Shown here: piece by piece, positions 1 to 10,082 of the stretch
Numbering within the stretch: position 1 is the first letter of the stretch
Layout: each line of letters begins with the position of its first letter
Assembly: GCA_009103225.1 (NCBI GenBank)
Contig: RHPI01002368.1
Span: 277,397 to 341,396 of the forward strand
Direction of reading: 5' to 3'
DNA from: Chlorokybus atmophyticus
Lineage: Eukaryota > Plantae > Mesostigma and Chlorokybus algae
DNA: 64,000 nucleotides
Translations under genes and position numbers: made by a program
Notes under the pieces: generated by a model
The model's database searches: none
What the model saw: the letters and a program-made list of their open reading frames with translations, nothing else
What the model was told of the DNA's origin: nothing

Positions 1-463
1 CCCCCTCCTACCCCTCTTCCCTTCCCTCTCCTTCCCCTTACGCTCACCTTGAGGTCCAGCTGCAGCGCCGGGTGGTCGTGCACCGCGCGAAGAGCAGCAT
101 CGGGCTGTCCTCACCAATGGTGACGCCATAGAAAACCACTGCGCTGTTCCACGCGCGGCGTAGGGGGCAGGCCCTTCGCGGGCCATGCAAGGGTAGTGTT
201 GGGGACGTGTTTTTGAGCCACAGGAAGGCACGCATGAACGCTTGAGCACCTGCAGGTGCCCAGCGTGGGCAGCGCGTTTATCAGGTGGAGACATGCACGT
301 GTGTGTGTTGGCACATGTATGCGTGTCTGCTCGCATGCAGGAGACCCTCCATCAGCTGGAGGAAGGCCGTGTCGCTCAGCAGCAGCCTGCGGCACCCTGC
401 GTATTACACATTCATTATGGAATTGTTGTAGACTGTTGTGCGGTCTATGCCGCTCTTAAACAA

Positions 464-619
464 CCGCCTATAAGCTCTGGAAACTATGGACTAGGCATCG
501 CTCATAGGCACTGACCAGTGCTTATGGGCTCTAGAATCTATGGACTAGGCATCGCTCATAGGCACTGGTCAGTGCCTATGAGCGATGCCTAGTCCATAGT
601 TTCCAGAGCTTATAGGCGG
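464..619. repeat. Perfect 57-bp inverted repeat (hairpin) containing an inner 62-bp palindrome
   Basis: 464-520 is the exact reverse complement of 563-619. 538-567 repeats part of the left arm and pairs with 570-599 across a 2-nt spacer. Confidence 0.95.
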
Positions 620-795
620 CTGCTTGAAATCAGTGCGGTCTATGAGCCCGCCTTCAACTGTCTCATAGGCAGCATTGAAAAGTGCAGCCTATGAGACAGT
701 TGGTATAGACCATCAGAGAGAGCCGATGCCAATAAGCGTGTGTACGCATGGTGACGACGAGCCCATGAGAGAGAGCAAGACAGAGTAAGTAACCA

Positions 796-1790
796 ATCAA
801 GCGGTGGTTGCTGCTGCTACAGCGGCTGAAGCATCAACCAACTTGAAGCCGCAGTTGCTGCTGCTGCTGCTCCAGCCGCTAGCAGCAGCTGCAACTGCGG
901 CTGTTGCCATGAATTCTGTCAACGACTTTGCGATTGGGAGGCCATGATAACAGCATTCACAAGCATGCACAAGCACGAACAGATAGTACTAGCCTGGACG
1001 GCATTGAAATGGCTGTGCAACCGGTCCAGAACAGCGGGCGCGGCTATCAACTATTGTTTATTGCCGTCTGACAGAACGGGATGACACTGAGGTTGAGACT
1101 GTTGCTCTAATGTCAATCTGAACACTGTAGCCAAATTGAGCTGCTTGTCAGCTCGACATCTGTCGACAGTAGTGTGCATGCTGAGCATTGCACGCATGGG
1201 AACTCCCGTCCGTTCATACAGTGTGCAAGCATATGACGCAACACTCAGCAGCAATTAATCAAGTGGTGGTTGCTGCTGCTACAGCGGCTGAAGCGGCAAC
1301 CACCACTTGAAGCCGCAGTTGCTGCTGCTGCTCCAGCCGCTAACAGCAGCAACTGCAGCTGTTGCCATAGCTTCTGTCAATGACTTTGCTGTTGGGAGGT
1401 CTGATGACAACAGCAAGCAAAAGCATAACAACAACTACAAGAAATACAATGCCACAAGAGCGACGTTAAGCTGCATGTCAGGTCGACATCTGTCGACTAG
1501 TGTGCATTCTGAGAAAGTGCACGCATGGCATGCAAACTCCTGTCCGTTCATGCAATTTGCAAGCATGCATACGACTAAAAACCCAGCAGCAACTAATCAA
1601 GTGGTGGTTGCTGCTGCTTCAGCCGCTGTAGCAGCAGCAACCACCACTTGATGCCGCAGTTGCTGCTGCTACTCCAGCCGCTAGCAGCAGCAGCAACTGC
1701 GGCTGCTGCCATGACTTCTGTCAATGATTTTGCTGTCGGGAGGCCATGATAGCAGCAAGCACAAAAAAACCAATGTCATCGACAGCGAGG
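796..1790. repeat. Three diverged tandem copies of a (GCT/GCA)-rich unit, each with two stem-loops
   Basis: The motif aatcaag(c/t)ggtggttgctgctgct...ctgtcaa(c/t)ga(c/t)tttgc starts near 795, 1257 and 1596. The spacing is about 460 and 340 bp. Confidence 0.9.
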
Positions 1791-2043
1791 ACACCAGTGA
1801 TGAGGCAACGGCAGCAGCACCGACAGCAGGAGCCGCTGCAAATGTACTACCTGCTGTTAGATTAATGCCAACAACAAGGGCTCACAACAATTACTCTTTA
1901 GGCAATGACGCCGAAGTTCAACGAAGCATGCAACGCACAATCAACACCGCTTACCTTTCCGAGCAGCGCCGCCTCCAGCTACCGTAGCTTGGCGGTCGCA
2001 ACATCAAAGAATGCACGCAAGCAGCGCCTCGGTGGGACCCATG

Positions 2044-2184
2044 TGTAGTAGGCACTTGTGTATTCTATTGACAATCGAGACTGTTAGGGTTTGACCGCCG
2101 CCTTAAGAGGCGGCTCCCTGTTGTGTAATGGGATTCGGGTTCTGGTCCGTGTCGTCTTGTGGCGCATGCTTGCGTGCTGTTGCA
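2044..2184 (+). repeat. 5' LTR of Gypsy element 1
   Basis: Runs tgtagtaggc...gctgttgca and is identical to 7011-7151. Confidence 0.97.
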
Positions 2185-2186
2185 CT

Positions 2187-2219
2187 TGGTGGAGACGCGG
2201 GGCATCGATCCCCGTACCT
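2187..2219 (+). promoter_or_regulatory. Primer-binding site complementary to the 3' end of tRNA-Ala (33 nt)
   Basis: The reverse complement AGGTACGGGGATCGATGCCCCGCGTCTCCACCA reads as the T-arm, acceptor strand and CCA of a eukaryotic tRNA-Ala. It starts 2 nt after the LTR. Confidence 0.9.
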
Positions 2220-2286
2220 GCGGGTACAAGGCTACGACGCCGTAGGAACGGCGTACAGTGTAGAAGTACTCTAGCACAGCACGGCA

Positions 2287-3354
2287 ATGGCGAACCAGGA
2301 ACAGGACGTACCGCCACCGCCACCACCGGTGATGACAAGAGAGGAGAGAATGATGTACATGACGGACCGGATGACAGCAGCGTTGGAAGCACTGGTGACG
2401 GTGACGGCACGGATGCAACCACAGTACCCGAGTGAGGAGGGACATGGCCACGACAGACGGGCGCGGCCCTCAAAGTTTGCTGGCGAGGGAGACATTGAAA
2501 ACTGGTTAGATACTTTTGAGACATTCGCACGCTATCACAACTGGGCAGAGTGGGAGCGTGCACGGGAAATCTCTGTATGCTTAGAGGGGGATGCCGGTCG
2601 TTGGTATCGTCAGTTACCAGATGATGTTAAGTTATCATGGGAATCAGTAAGGCAAGGCTTGAAGACACATTATGGACGGGCCAACAGCAAAGCCGTGGCT
2701 ATGAGAGAAGCGTATAATGCTAGGCAATCGAAGGACGAATCTGTAGCAGCATTTGGGGTGCGTTTGACACAGCTGTTGTCAAGGGCAAATGCACAGGATG
2801 AGACAGTAAAATTGCAATTATTTATTGAGGGGGTGCACCGCCGTTTGGCAAAAGAAATTCTCATGCAAGACCCTTCCACTTTGGCGGGCGCAATCGCCGT
2901 GGCACAACGTGCGGAAGCCGCGTTTATGTATACGGACACCAAGCAATCAGTACCGCGCATGCTACCCCTGCTGCCGCCGCTGCCTACCGCAGGGGACGAA
3001 GCTGTCCCAATGGAACAGAACGTACAATGGGGACAACGCGGTCGTGGGGGACGCGGAGGTACTGGGCGCGGGGGAACAGGACACAGAGGTATGGGACGCG
3101 GAGGTACTGGGCGCGGGGGAGGTCGCCGCGTAGCGAACAGAGGCGGCTGGGTAAGCCGAGAGGGAGGGCGTGACCCAGCCAATTTACCGCCGTGGAATGA
3201 CAACAATGAACCACTGTGTTTCCGGTGCAAAGAATATGGCCATTTTGCTCGTGAATGTGTGGCACCAGCTCCGTACCAGAATGTCCAACTGGAGGAGGAG
3301 GATGAAGAACTGACATCGGAGAGTGATGTGGAGCAGGGAAACGGCCAAGCGTGA
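2287..3354 (+). CDS. gag: Gag (retrotrans_gag-like capsid, RGG repeats, CCHC knuckle)
   Basis: 355-aa ORF with KFAGEGDIENWLDTFE...CLEGDAGRWY, GRGG repeats and CFRCKEYGHFAREC. Confidence 0.95.
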   Translation: MANQEQDVPPPPPPVMTREERMMYMTDRMTAALEALVTVTARMQPQYPSEEGHGHDRRARPSKFAGEGDIENWLDTFETFARYHNWAEWERAREISVCLEGDAGRWYRQLPDDVKLSWESVRQGLKTHYGRANSKAVAMREAYNARQSKDESVAAFGVRLTQLLSRANAQDETVKLQLFIEGVHRRLAKEILMQDPSTLAGAIAVAQRAEAAFMYTDTKQSVPRMLPLLPPLPTAGDEAVPMEQNVQWGQRGRGGRGGTGRGGTGHRGMGRGGTGRGGGRRVANRGGWVSREGGRDPANLPPWNDNNEPLCFRCKEYGHFARECVAPAPYQNVQLEEEDEELTSESDVEQGNGQA

Positions 3355-3806
3355 GTTCTGGAGGGGGGGGATTCGCGCATTACTACCGTGAAGAGGTACA
3401 ACAATCACAAGGCAAATCAGTGTACACTATCAAAGGCAGTATAGGGGGTAGAGAAACTTTATTTCTTGTGGACACCGGTTCTTCAATCAGTTTTATTAAG
3501 CAAACTTTCGCTGCTACTCTGCACCTGCCTGTCTCTGTGAGTGTACCTGTGCGCGTGACATATGGAGATGGTTTAACTTGTGCTACATCTTCCACGGTAG
3601 TTACCCCAGTATTGAAGATTGAAGAAATGCTTTATGAAGGTCAATTGTATGTATTACAAGGACAAATTTTTGATGTTACATTGGGGGCAAATTGGTTGCG
3701 CATGTACTGGGTTTCGTGTGCGCCAGATGGTTTGCGATGGCCGGACGGCACATTTGTGGCTTATTTTCGCCACCCCCGTTTCAAGAAAAGATTGTCGATA
3801 CGCTAG
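3336..3806 (+). CDS. Aspartic protease, in the -1 frame relative to gag
   Basis: FLVDTGSSISF active-site motif. A G_GGA_AAC slippery heptamer at 3336-3342 lies just before the gag stop. Confidence 0.92.
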   Translation, partial: GKRPSVSSGGGGFAHYYREEVQQSQGKSVYTIKGSIGGRETLFLVDTGSSISFIKQTFAATLHLPVSVSVPVRVTYGDGLTCATSSTVVTPVLKIEEMLYEGQLYVLQGQIFDVTLGANWLRMYWVSCAPDGLRWPDGTFVAYFRHPRFKKRLSIR

Positions 3807-5570
3807 CAGCAAGCACTGGCGGTACGACAGCACACGGCGCTGAGGGAGCGCCGTTCAGCTGAACAGCGTGACGCCGAGGGAAACGGCCACGCCACAAAGG
3901 ACGCAGCGCGGGGGGCAAGCACTGCGCAACATGCTGCGACGCACAGGACAGCGACGGGCGCGGCGCCGCGGGAGACGCACCGTACAAGCAGACGCGCAGG
4001 GGCAGCGTCGGGGACGGCGGCGTTACATCACGCTACGGAGGGTGGCGACAAAGAGATTGTACAGCAACGGACGCCACCCACTGCCGCCGAGGGGGACGAC
4101 AAACAAAAAGGTACAAAGGCTGTTACTACGGTACAAATGGTACAAAGTACACAGGCACTGGCACAGGAACCGCGGGTGACAGAAGCTATTAAAGATAGAG
4201 ACTTGGCTATACTGCAACAACAAATTATTGATGTATTCGCTGCCGACAACTGCACAAGCAGAACGCTGAGAGCACACCACATCATCAACACAGGCGCATC
4301 ATCACCAGTCAGAGCACCAAGATATCGGAAATCTCCAGCAGAACGCACTATTGTACAACAGGAAGTACAAAAGATGAGACAAGCAGGCGTCATCAGACCC
4401 TCGCGCAGTCCATGGTCATCAGAAGTGGTGTTGGCACCGAAGAAAGACACCAATGAGCTGCGCTTCTGTGTTGATTACAGAGCATTAAACCAGGTGACCA
4501 AAAAAGACACATATCCTCTCCCGCGCATTGACGACATCCTGGATCAGCTTGGGGGGGCGAAGTATTTTACAAAACTAGATCGATTCTCCGGATATTGGCA
4601 GGTACCTATGCGCGCGTGTGATATTGAGAAGACGGCATTTCGCACAGACAGCGGCTTGTTCGAATTCGAAGTCATGCCATTTGGTTTGAGCAATGCCCCC
4701 GCTACATTTCAGCGCATGATGGACGAAGTGATGGCTGACTTGGATGGGGTGATGACATATATTGATGACACTATCGTCTACTCGCGGACGTGGGAGGAGC
4801 ACATGTCGCACATCCGCGGGGCAATACAACGGTTGCGCAAGTACAACCTGAAACTTAAACTCCGCAAATGCGAGTTCGGGCGCACTAAGCTGAAGTTTTT
4901 GGGCTTTGTCATTTCACAAGATGGAGTGCAAGCAGACCCAGAGAAAACGGCTGCAGTAGCAGGTATGCCAGTACCAACCACACGCAAAGAGCTCATGGAA
5001 TTTTTGGGAATGTGCGCGGTGTATGCACGGTTCATTCACAAGTTGGCGGATGTGTCCACACCTTTGCGCATGCTGCTGAAGAAAGGCATTCCCTTTCAAT
5101 GGACGCATACGTGTAACGAGGCCTTTGAAGCATTGAAACGCGCAATGTGCACAGCTCCGGTATTGGCTTTTCCGGACTTCACAGCCCCGTTTATAGTACG
5201 CACAGATGCGTCGGACTATGGCATTAGTGCCATTCTATTGCAGCGCGACCGTCCAATAGCATATACAAGCCGCAGCCTGACCGCGGCAGAGCGCAATTAC
5301 TCCATTACAGAGAAGGAGATGTTGGCAGTGGTGTACGCATTCGACAAGTTTCATGCTTACTTGCATGGTTCAGAGGTAACGGTCGAGACGGATCATGCGG
5401 CATTAACCTCGCTGTTTACCAAGCAGAAGCTGGTCAGAGGCCGCATCACACGCTGGGCGCTGCAATTGCAGCAATACAGTTTTGCAGTAAAGCACCGACC
5501 AGGCACCAGCAATGCCGATGCCGATGCATTATCACGCGCAGTGCCACAGGTGATGAATGTCACAGATTGA
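3807..5570 (+). CDS. pol: Reverse transcriptase-RNase H, same frame as the protease and after a single TAG
   Basis: LRFCVDYRALN, MPFGLSNAPATFQ, YIDD, TDASDYGI, NYSITEKE and ETDH. The frame is open from 3807. Confidence 0.97.
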   Translation, partial: QQALAVRQHTALRERRSAEQRDAEGNGHATKDAARGASTAQHAATHRTATGAAPRETHRTSRRAGAASGTAALHHATEGGDKEIVQQRTPPTAAEGDDKQKGTKAVTTVQMVQSTQALAQEPRVTEAIKDRDLAILQQQIIDVFAADNCTSRTLRAHHIINTGASSPVRAPRYRKSPAERTIVQQEVQKMRQAGVIRPSRSPWSSEVVLAPKKDTNELRFCVDYRALNQVTKKDTYPLPRIDDILDQLGGAKYFTKLDRFSGYWQVPMRACDIEKTAFRTDSGLFEFEVMPFGLSNAPATFQRMMDEVMADLDGVMTYIDDTIVYSRTWEEHMSHIRGAIQRLRKYNLKLKLRKCEFGRTKLKFLGFVISQDGVQADPEKTAAVAGMPVPTTRKELMEFLGMCAVYARFIHKLADVSTPLRMLLKKGIPFQWTHTCNEAFEALKRAMCTAPVLAFPDFTAPFIVRTDASDYGISAILLQRDRPIAYTSRSLTAAERNYSITEKEMLAVVYAFDKFHAYLHGSEVTVETDHAALTSLFTKQKLVRGRITRWALQLQQYSFAVKHRPGTSNADADALSRAVPQVMNVTD

Positions 5571-6981
5571 TGCTTTTGATTTTACTGAAGATGACTTTTT
5601 ACCACCTCTACCCGCTACTGTACTACCTGACACATTACTACCAATTGAATCTACACCACTTGCCATTGTACCTGCAGCTCAACCAGAATTGCCTGCTGCT
5701 GCGCCAACCTGGCTGCTCACCACACCCGACATGCATGCCATGCATGAGGCGCAACAGAACGATCCTTATTGCAGAAAAGTGATGGCGGAGCTTACAGATG
5801 GCCTGTGGTCGTCTAATACTAACAGGCAATTCGCCATCATTGACGACCTGTTGTATTATACGGAGGGCACAGCACCGCGCTTGGTGGTACCGCAATTGCT
5901 GCGTCATACCTACTTGCGTGCTATGCACGACGACGTTGTAGCTGGTGGTCATTTGGGTAGGGACAAAACTCTCGAAAAGCTACGCCGCCGTTTCTTCTGG
6001 CCGAAGTTGCGCAAGGACGTACATGTGTACGTAAGCACATGTAACGCATGCCAACGTCATAAAGACCCTACTGGACAACCGGCTGGCGACTTACAGTCGA
6101 TTAAAGTCACCAGACCGTTTGAGTTGATGGCATGGGATATTATGGGCCCACTGGCCATCACGGAGGCCGGTAATGCATATATCTTGGTCATTACCGACTA
6201 TTTAACACGTTGGGCAGAAGCTGTGCCGCTGAAGGACATAACGACAGCCACGGTGGCCAGGGCATTGATTGATGAAGTGGTGACCAGACACGGCTGTCCC
6301 GTACGCCTGCTCAGTGATAATGGAAGCAACTTTGCGTCACTAGTCATGCATGACGTATGTCAAGCATTGGCCATCAAACAAAGCTTTACTACACCGTACC
6401 ATCCGGAGACGGATGGCCTCACGGAAAGACTGAATCGGACAATAAAGAAGATGTTGGCCATGCACTGTGCGGGACATCAGAAGGACTGGGACCAAGTACT
6501 GCCCCGGGTTCTGGCAGCGTACCGCTTTTCCGCACAGGCTTCAACCCAAGTGGCACCATTCAAAGCCTTGTATGGGCGGGACGCCACACTACCAGCAGAA
6601 GTGGGGCTGGTACCGGCGGGACCTGCAGTACGCAACGCCCGCGGCTGGTCCGAGTACGTACGAGACACTTTGGCCACGATCCATCGTACCATACGGGATA
6701 ATTTGGCGCACGCCCATGACCGGCAACGTCAGCAGTACAACGCGACACACCGATCGGTGGTGTACTCGATCAATGATCGAGTTTTGATTAAATTTCCCAT
6801 AACCAAACGCGGTCAAAACCCGAAATTGACCGCAAAATGGATTGGGCCTTATGTAGTGGAGGACCGCATCACTGATGTAGCCTACCGCCTACGCAGGGAC
6901 GACGGCGGACCGGCTACTAAGATCTCCGTGCATGTGTCACGCATGAAACGATACTACCACCGCGAGGAAGTGAACGAGTAG
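5557..6981 (+). CDS. Integrase (HHCC, DDE core, GPY/F), in a separate frame from RT
   Basis: HDDVVAGGHLG...CNAC, WDIMGP, LLSDNGSNF, DGLTERLN and KWIGPY. Confidence 0.96.
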   Translation: MSQIDAFDFTEDDFLPPLPATVLPDTLLPIESTPLAIVPAAQPELPAAAPTWLLTTPDMHAMHEAQQNDPYCRKVMAELTDGLWSSNTNRQFAIIDDLLYYTEGTAPRLVVPQLLRHTYLRAMHDDVVAGGHLGRDKTLEKLRRRFFWPKLRKDVHVYVSTCNACQRHKDPTGQPAGDLQSIKVTRPFELMAWDIMGPLAITEAGNAYILVITDYLTRWAEAVPLKDITTATVARALIDEVVTRHGCPVRLLSDNGSNFASLVMHDVCQALAIKQSFTTPYHPETDGLTERLNRTIKKMLAMHCAGHQKDWDQVLPRVLAAYRFSAQASTQVAPFKALYGRDATLPAEVGLVPAGPAVRNARGWSEYVRDTLATIHRTIRDNLAHAHDRQRQQYNATHRSVVYSINDRVLIKFPITKRGQNPKLTAKWIGPYVVEDRITDVAYRLRRDDGGPATKISVHVSRMKRYYHREEVNE

Positions 6982-6997
6982 CGACGTGTTTTGTTGT

Positions 6998-7010
6998 AGA
7001 GGGGGAGTAG
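6998..7010 (+). promoter_or_regulatory. Polypurine tract
   Basis: agagggggagtag lies directly 5' of the 3' LTR. Confidence 0.9.
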
Positions 7011-7151
7011 TGTAGTAGGCACTTGTGTATTCTATTGACAATCGAGACTGTTAGGGTTTGACCGCCGCCTTAAGAGGCGGCTCCCTGTTGTGTAATGGGA
7101 TTCGGGTTCTGGTCCGTGTCGTCTTGTGGCGCATGCTTGCGTGCTGTTGCA
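7011..7151 (+). repeat. 3' LTR of Gypsy element 1
   Basis: Identical to 2044-2184 and followed by the TSD CATG. Confidence 0.97.
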
Positions 7152-7689
7152 CATGCCAACTAGGGTTTCGGCACAGGGCAAGTACAAGTTCGTATCTATC
7201 GCTTTGCTGACGTGTGTGCAAGACCGCGGCCCGCAATTGCCACGCGATCACTACTCTTACTGACACGATCCGCGCCAGGTCTCGTTCTACAGACGTCGGC
7301 GTGCAATCCAGACTTGGTCACAGCGTCTGTACTGTACTCTTCGTACCACTACTCCTCTGGTCGTAGGCCGCGGGGAGCCCTGGTCCTACCCAGCGCACCA
7401 CGTACTGTACCAGTGCAGCCCCTGGTGCATAGCTCGCGGGGGCGCGACCAGCCCTGGTTCGGTCATTGGACCGCATACAGTACCAGTGCTGCATTGTTCG
7501 CAGCCCGCGACCAGCCCTGGTCCGGTCTATCGGACCAGGCCATCCGGCTCCGGGGCGGGACCACCGGTGGTCCGGTCACGCCGGACCAGTTGCGGCACTG
7601 GTACGCCACAGCGAACCAGACGTGGTCTGCGGGCCGCGTACGACTGGTCCGCGCGTAAAAAGCCCTGTGTATAGGCTGGACGGTCACCA

Positions 7690-9794
7690 GTTTGTCGTGT
7701 GATGTGCAATGGTAGGGCGGTTGGTCTCTCCTTGGAGAGATCATATCCACACCAGTTGGTAGGCTGCGCACTGGAGGCAGCTGCATCACCTGTATGCGCG
7801 CATGTATGCACATGTAACAGTGTGTGTGTTGGTGACGTTGCCAACAGACGACAACTAATACGCACCTTTGGCAAGGGGGGCCAGTATGCAGGCGATTGGA
7901 GAGCGAGTAGCAAGCTAGCGTTGATCGCAGCAGATATTCAATTTCTGGCAGCATGCAAAGCTGTGCAAATTGCGCAGGCGGTGCCTGCGAGGATAGACAG
8001 GCAACACTCCTTTGTTGATGACTTGTGAGTGGGGATGTTGATGTCGATCAACGGCCCAACCGGGACCGGCGCCATCGCATTGCCCATGAAACCTTCCCAA
8101 AGCTAGAAACCCTTCAGGTTGCGGGAGAGGTCCATTGTGATGAATTGCACGCAACCTGCCAAAACAACACACATCAAGCGTATTCCCCAATGCCATGGTC
8201 CAACGATCCCCATAGTACTCCCTCACCTTCGTCTCCTTGTAGGGGCCATCCTTTCGCTTGCAGTCTGATCATCCACTGCAGGGCAAAAACCACATCGTTG
8301 TTGGATAAGACCTCCGCATGGTTGAAGCCTGCTGCAGAGGCGCGAGCACGCACACCCGCCCTTGTGTCCAACTAATTGTATGCAAAGAGTGAGCAAGTTG
8401 TAGAAACACTGCTACATGCAAGTGCACACGCATGGATTTGCACAAGCATATGCGCGCACAAACACACAAGCACATGCACCATTGCCCTGCTTGTGCATAG
8501 GTAAGGACCGTAGCTTTGAGCATGCGCAGACACTCGGTAGCGCGCGCTGCCACGTCCACATGAGGCGTGGAGGGGTTTGGGACCGCTGGAACGCCCATTG
8601 TTTCAAACGCTGATTGCAGTGCGTCGGTCAGATGGACAGTCTGCGCTCTTAATCACCTGCTCAGCCATTGGCAGTGTTCAACAATCACTGCCATGCAGCT
8701 GCAGTCATTGCTGACATCCGGCACTCACTTCAGAGTGGAGGGCAGCTTTTGTAGTCTCAACGGCAGCCAACATTTGAGCGCGAGCTTCCTCGCCTTCAAC
8801 ACATGCCAGAATGTTTTAAAGTCAAGGCTGGAGCGATTCATATAAGCTCCGATGTTCAGCTCACGTCGTGATGTTTAGGTTACAGCCAATAAGTCACAGC
8901 AACAAAATAAACAAGTTCATCCCGCATCAGTTGCTTTACCGTAAGGTGGTTACCATGGTATGCGGTGCAGATGTCAGTCATCAATTGATATAGCGGCCTC
9001 CAGCGATGCCGTGGGAGACATTGAACCCGACCACGCTTGCACCATCACTCAGCTGTGTTAAGGTGACCTTGGGAAACGCGTCCTCTCATCTTTCCATAGC
9101 GTCAAACTGTCGCACACAAGATGTCAAGTTGGTGGGCATGACTATGCACACACATGCTTGTTGGACACACGTATTTGTGCACACGCGCACGCCCATAAAC
9201 ATGATAGCACGGTAGGCCTCACTTACATTGATTTCTTGGATAAGCGACAGGCTGAGAGTGAGAACGCCGCCGTCATCATCCGCTATGTCTGTCCGTCGAG
9301 TCATAATGCACGCAGGGAAGGCATTGAGCGTTTTTAACGATTGCTGCTGAAACATAAAGGGGAGACTTACATTTGTGCAAGCTATCGCACGCCCTCCTGA
9401 AGCAAACCTACAGAGCACATGTTGGTATAAGCCTGCTTGGCTGGCATGAGTATGTATGCACATCAACTAATGTCTCACCTGCCGGCAAGCATGGGGTTGG
9501 CGGCTACAAGCTTACGCAGCCCCTCAACCACTTTCTCCATCAATGACATTGTTGTTGTCTTTCTTTCTTGTTGTGCTCATTGGGTGGGAATGCAAACAGG
9601 ACCCCAACAGTGATATTTTATACAGGGTACTGCGTGTCCATGTGAGACAGCTGCACATGGACTACCTCGCCGTCATATACATCGTCGGCGTTGTTGGGGG
9701 CCATCATCAGGCGAGAGGACTGCACTTGTACATCCGAGAACTGGTGCTTTTCTTTGTTGTCGTTCTCCAAGGTGAGACACGTTTGGTCTGCCAT
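7690..9794 (-). pseudogene. BAHD (Transferase, PF02458-like) acyltransferase, multi-exon and apparently disabled
   Basis: Minus-strand exon peptides occur in BAHD order: VQLSHMDTQYPV*NITVGVLFAF, LRKLVAANPMLAGR (YPLAGR motif), KVTLTQLSDGASVVGFNVSHGIAG (HXXXD position), LSNNDVVFALQW and MDLSRNLKGF*LWEGFMGNA (GYFGN motif). In-frame stops and a frameshift are present. DFGWG was not recognised and the 3' limit is approximate. Confidence 0.7.
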
Positions 9795-9815
9795 GGGGAA
9801 TGCACGGTTACTAAT

Positions 9816-9817
<2 letters not shown>

Positions 9818-9889
<72 letters not shown>
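9818..9889. repeat. (GA)n microsatellite
   Basis: Direct reading, with one internal CT interruption. Confidence 0.97.
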
Positions 9890-9892
<3 letters not shown>

Positions 9893-10082
9893 ACTTTCTG
9901 CAGCATGTCTGCATGCAGGAGTAGCATACATGCATGCACAACACCGTATTGAGAACATGAGTCATGTTCGGCATAATGTGCTGCAGGTGCATGCAAAGTT
10001 TTATGCACAGGCGCCTTGAAGGATGCACTCAGAGCAAGCAGCTGGTACATGCATGCATGCACCCATATGCGTGTACAATCAA

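Larger units (their letters stand above)
2044..7151 (+). mobile_element. Full-length Ty3/Gypsy LTR retrotransposon, young and without a chromodomain
   Basis: Identical 141-bp TG...CA LTRs (2044-2184, 7011-7151), 4-bp TSD CATG (2040-2043, 7152-7155), PBS, PPT and domain order gag-PR-RT-RH-INT. Confidence 0.98.

Noticed and set aside
1-420. Possible minus-strand exons (RRLLLSDTAFLQLMEGLL; AQAFMRAFLWLKN; DAALRAVHDHPALQLDLK|gt)
   Set aside because: Protein-like but frame-inconsistent and cut by the window edge, with no family motif I can support.
2187-2219. tRNA-Ala gene on the minus strand
   Set aside because: Only the 3' 33 nt with encoded CCA are present, with no anticodon or D arm. It is a PBS.
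3804-3812. TMV-type readthrough signal after the TAG
   Set aside because: The context is TAG CAG CAA, not CAR-YYA. Readthrough remains unproven.
7174-7667. hAT element with CAGGGC termini
   Set aside because: No 8-bp TSD and a TIR of only 6-8 bp.
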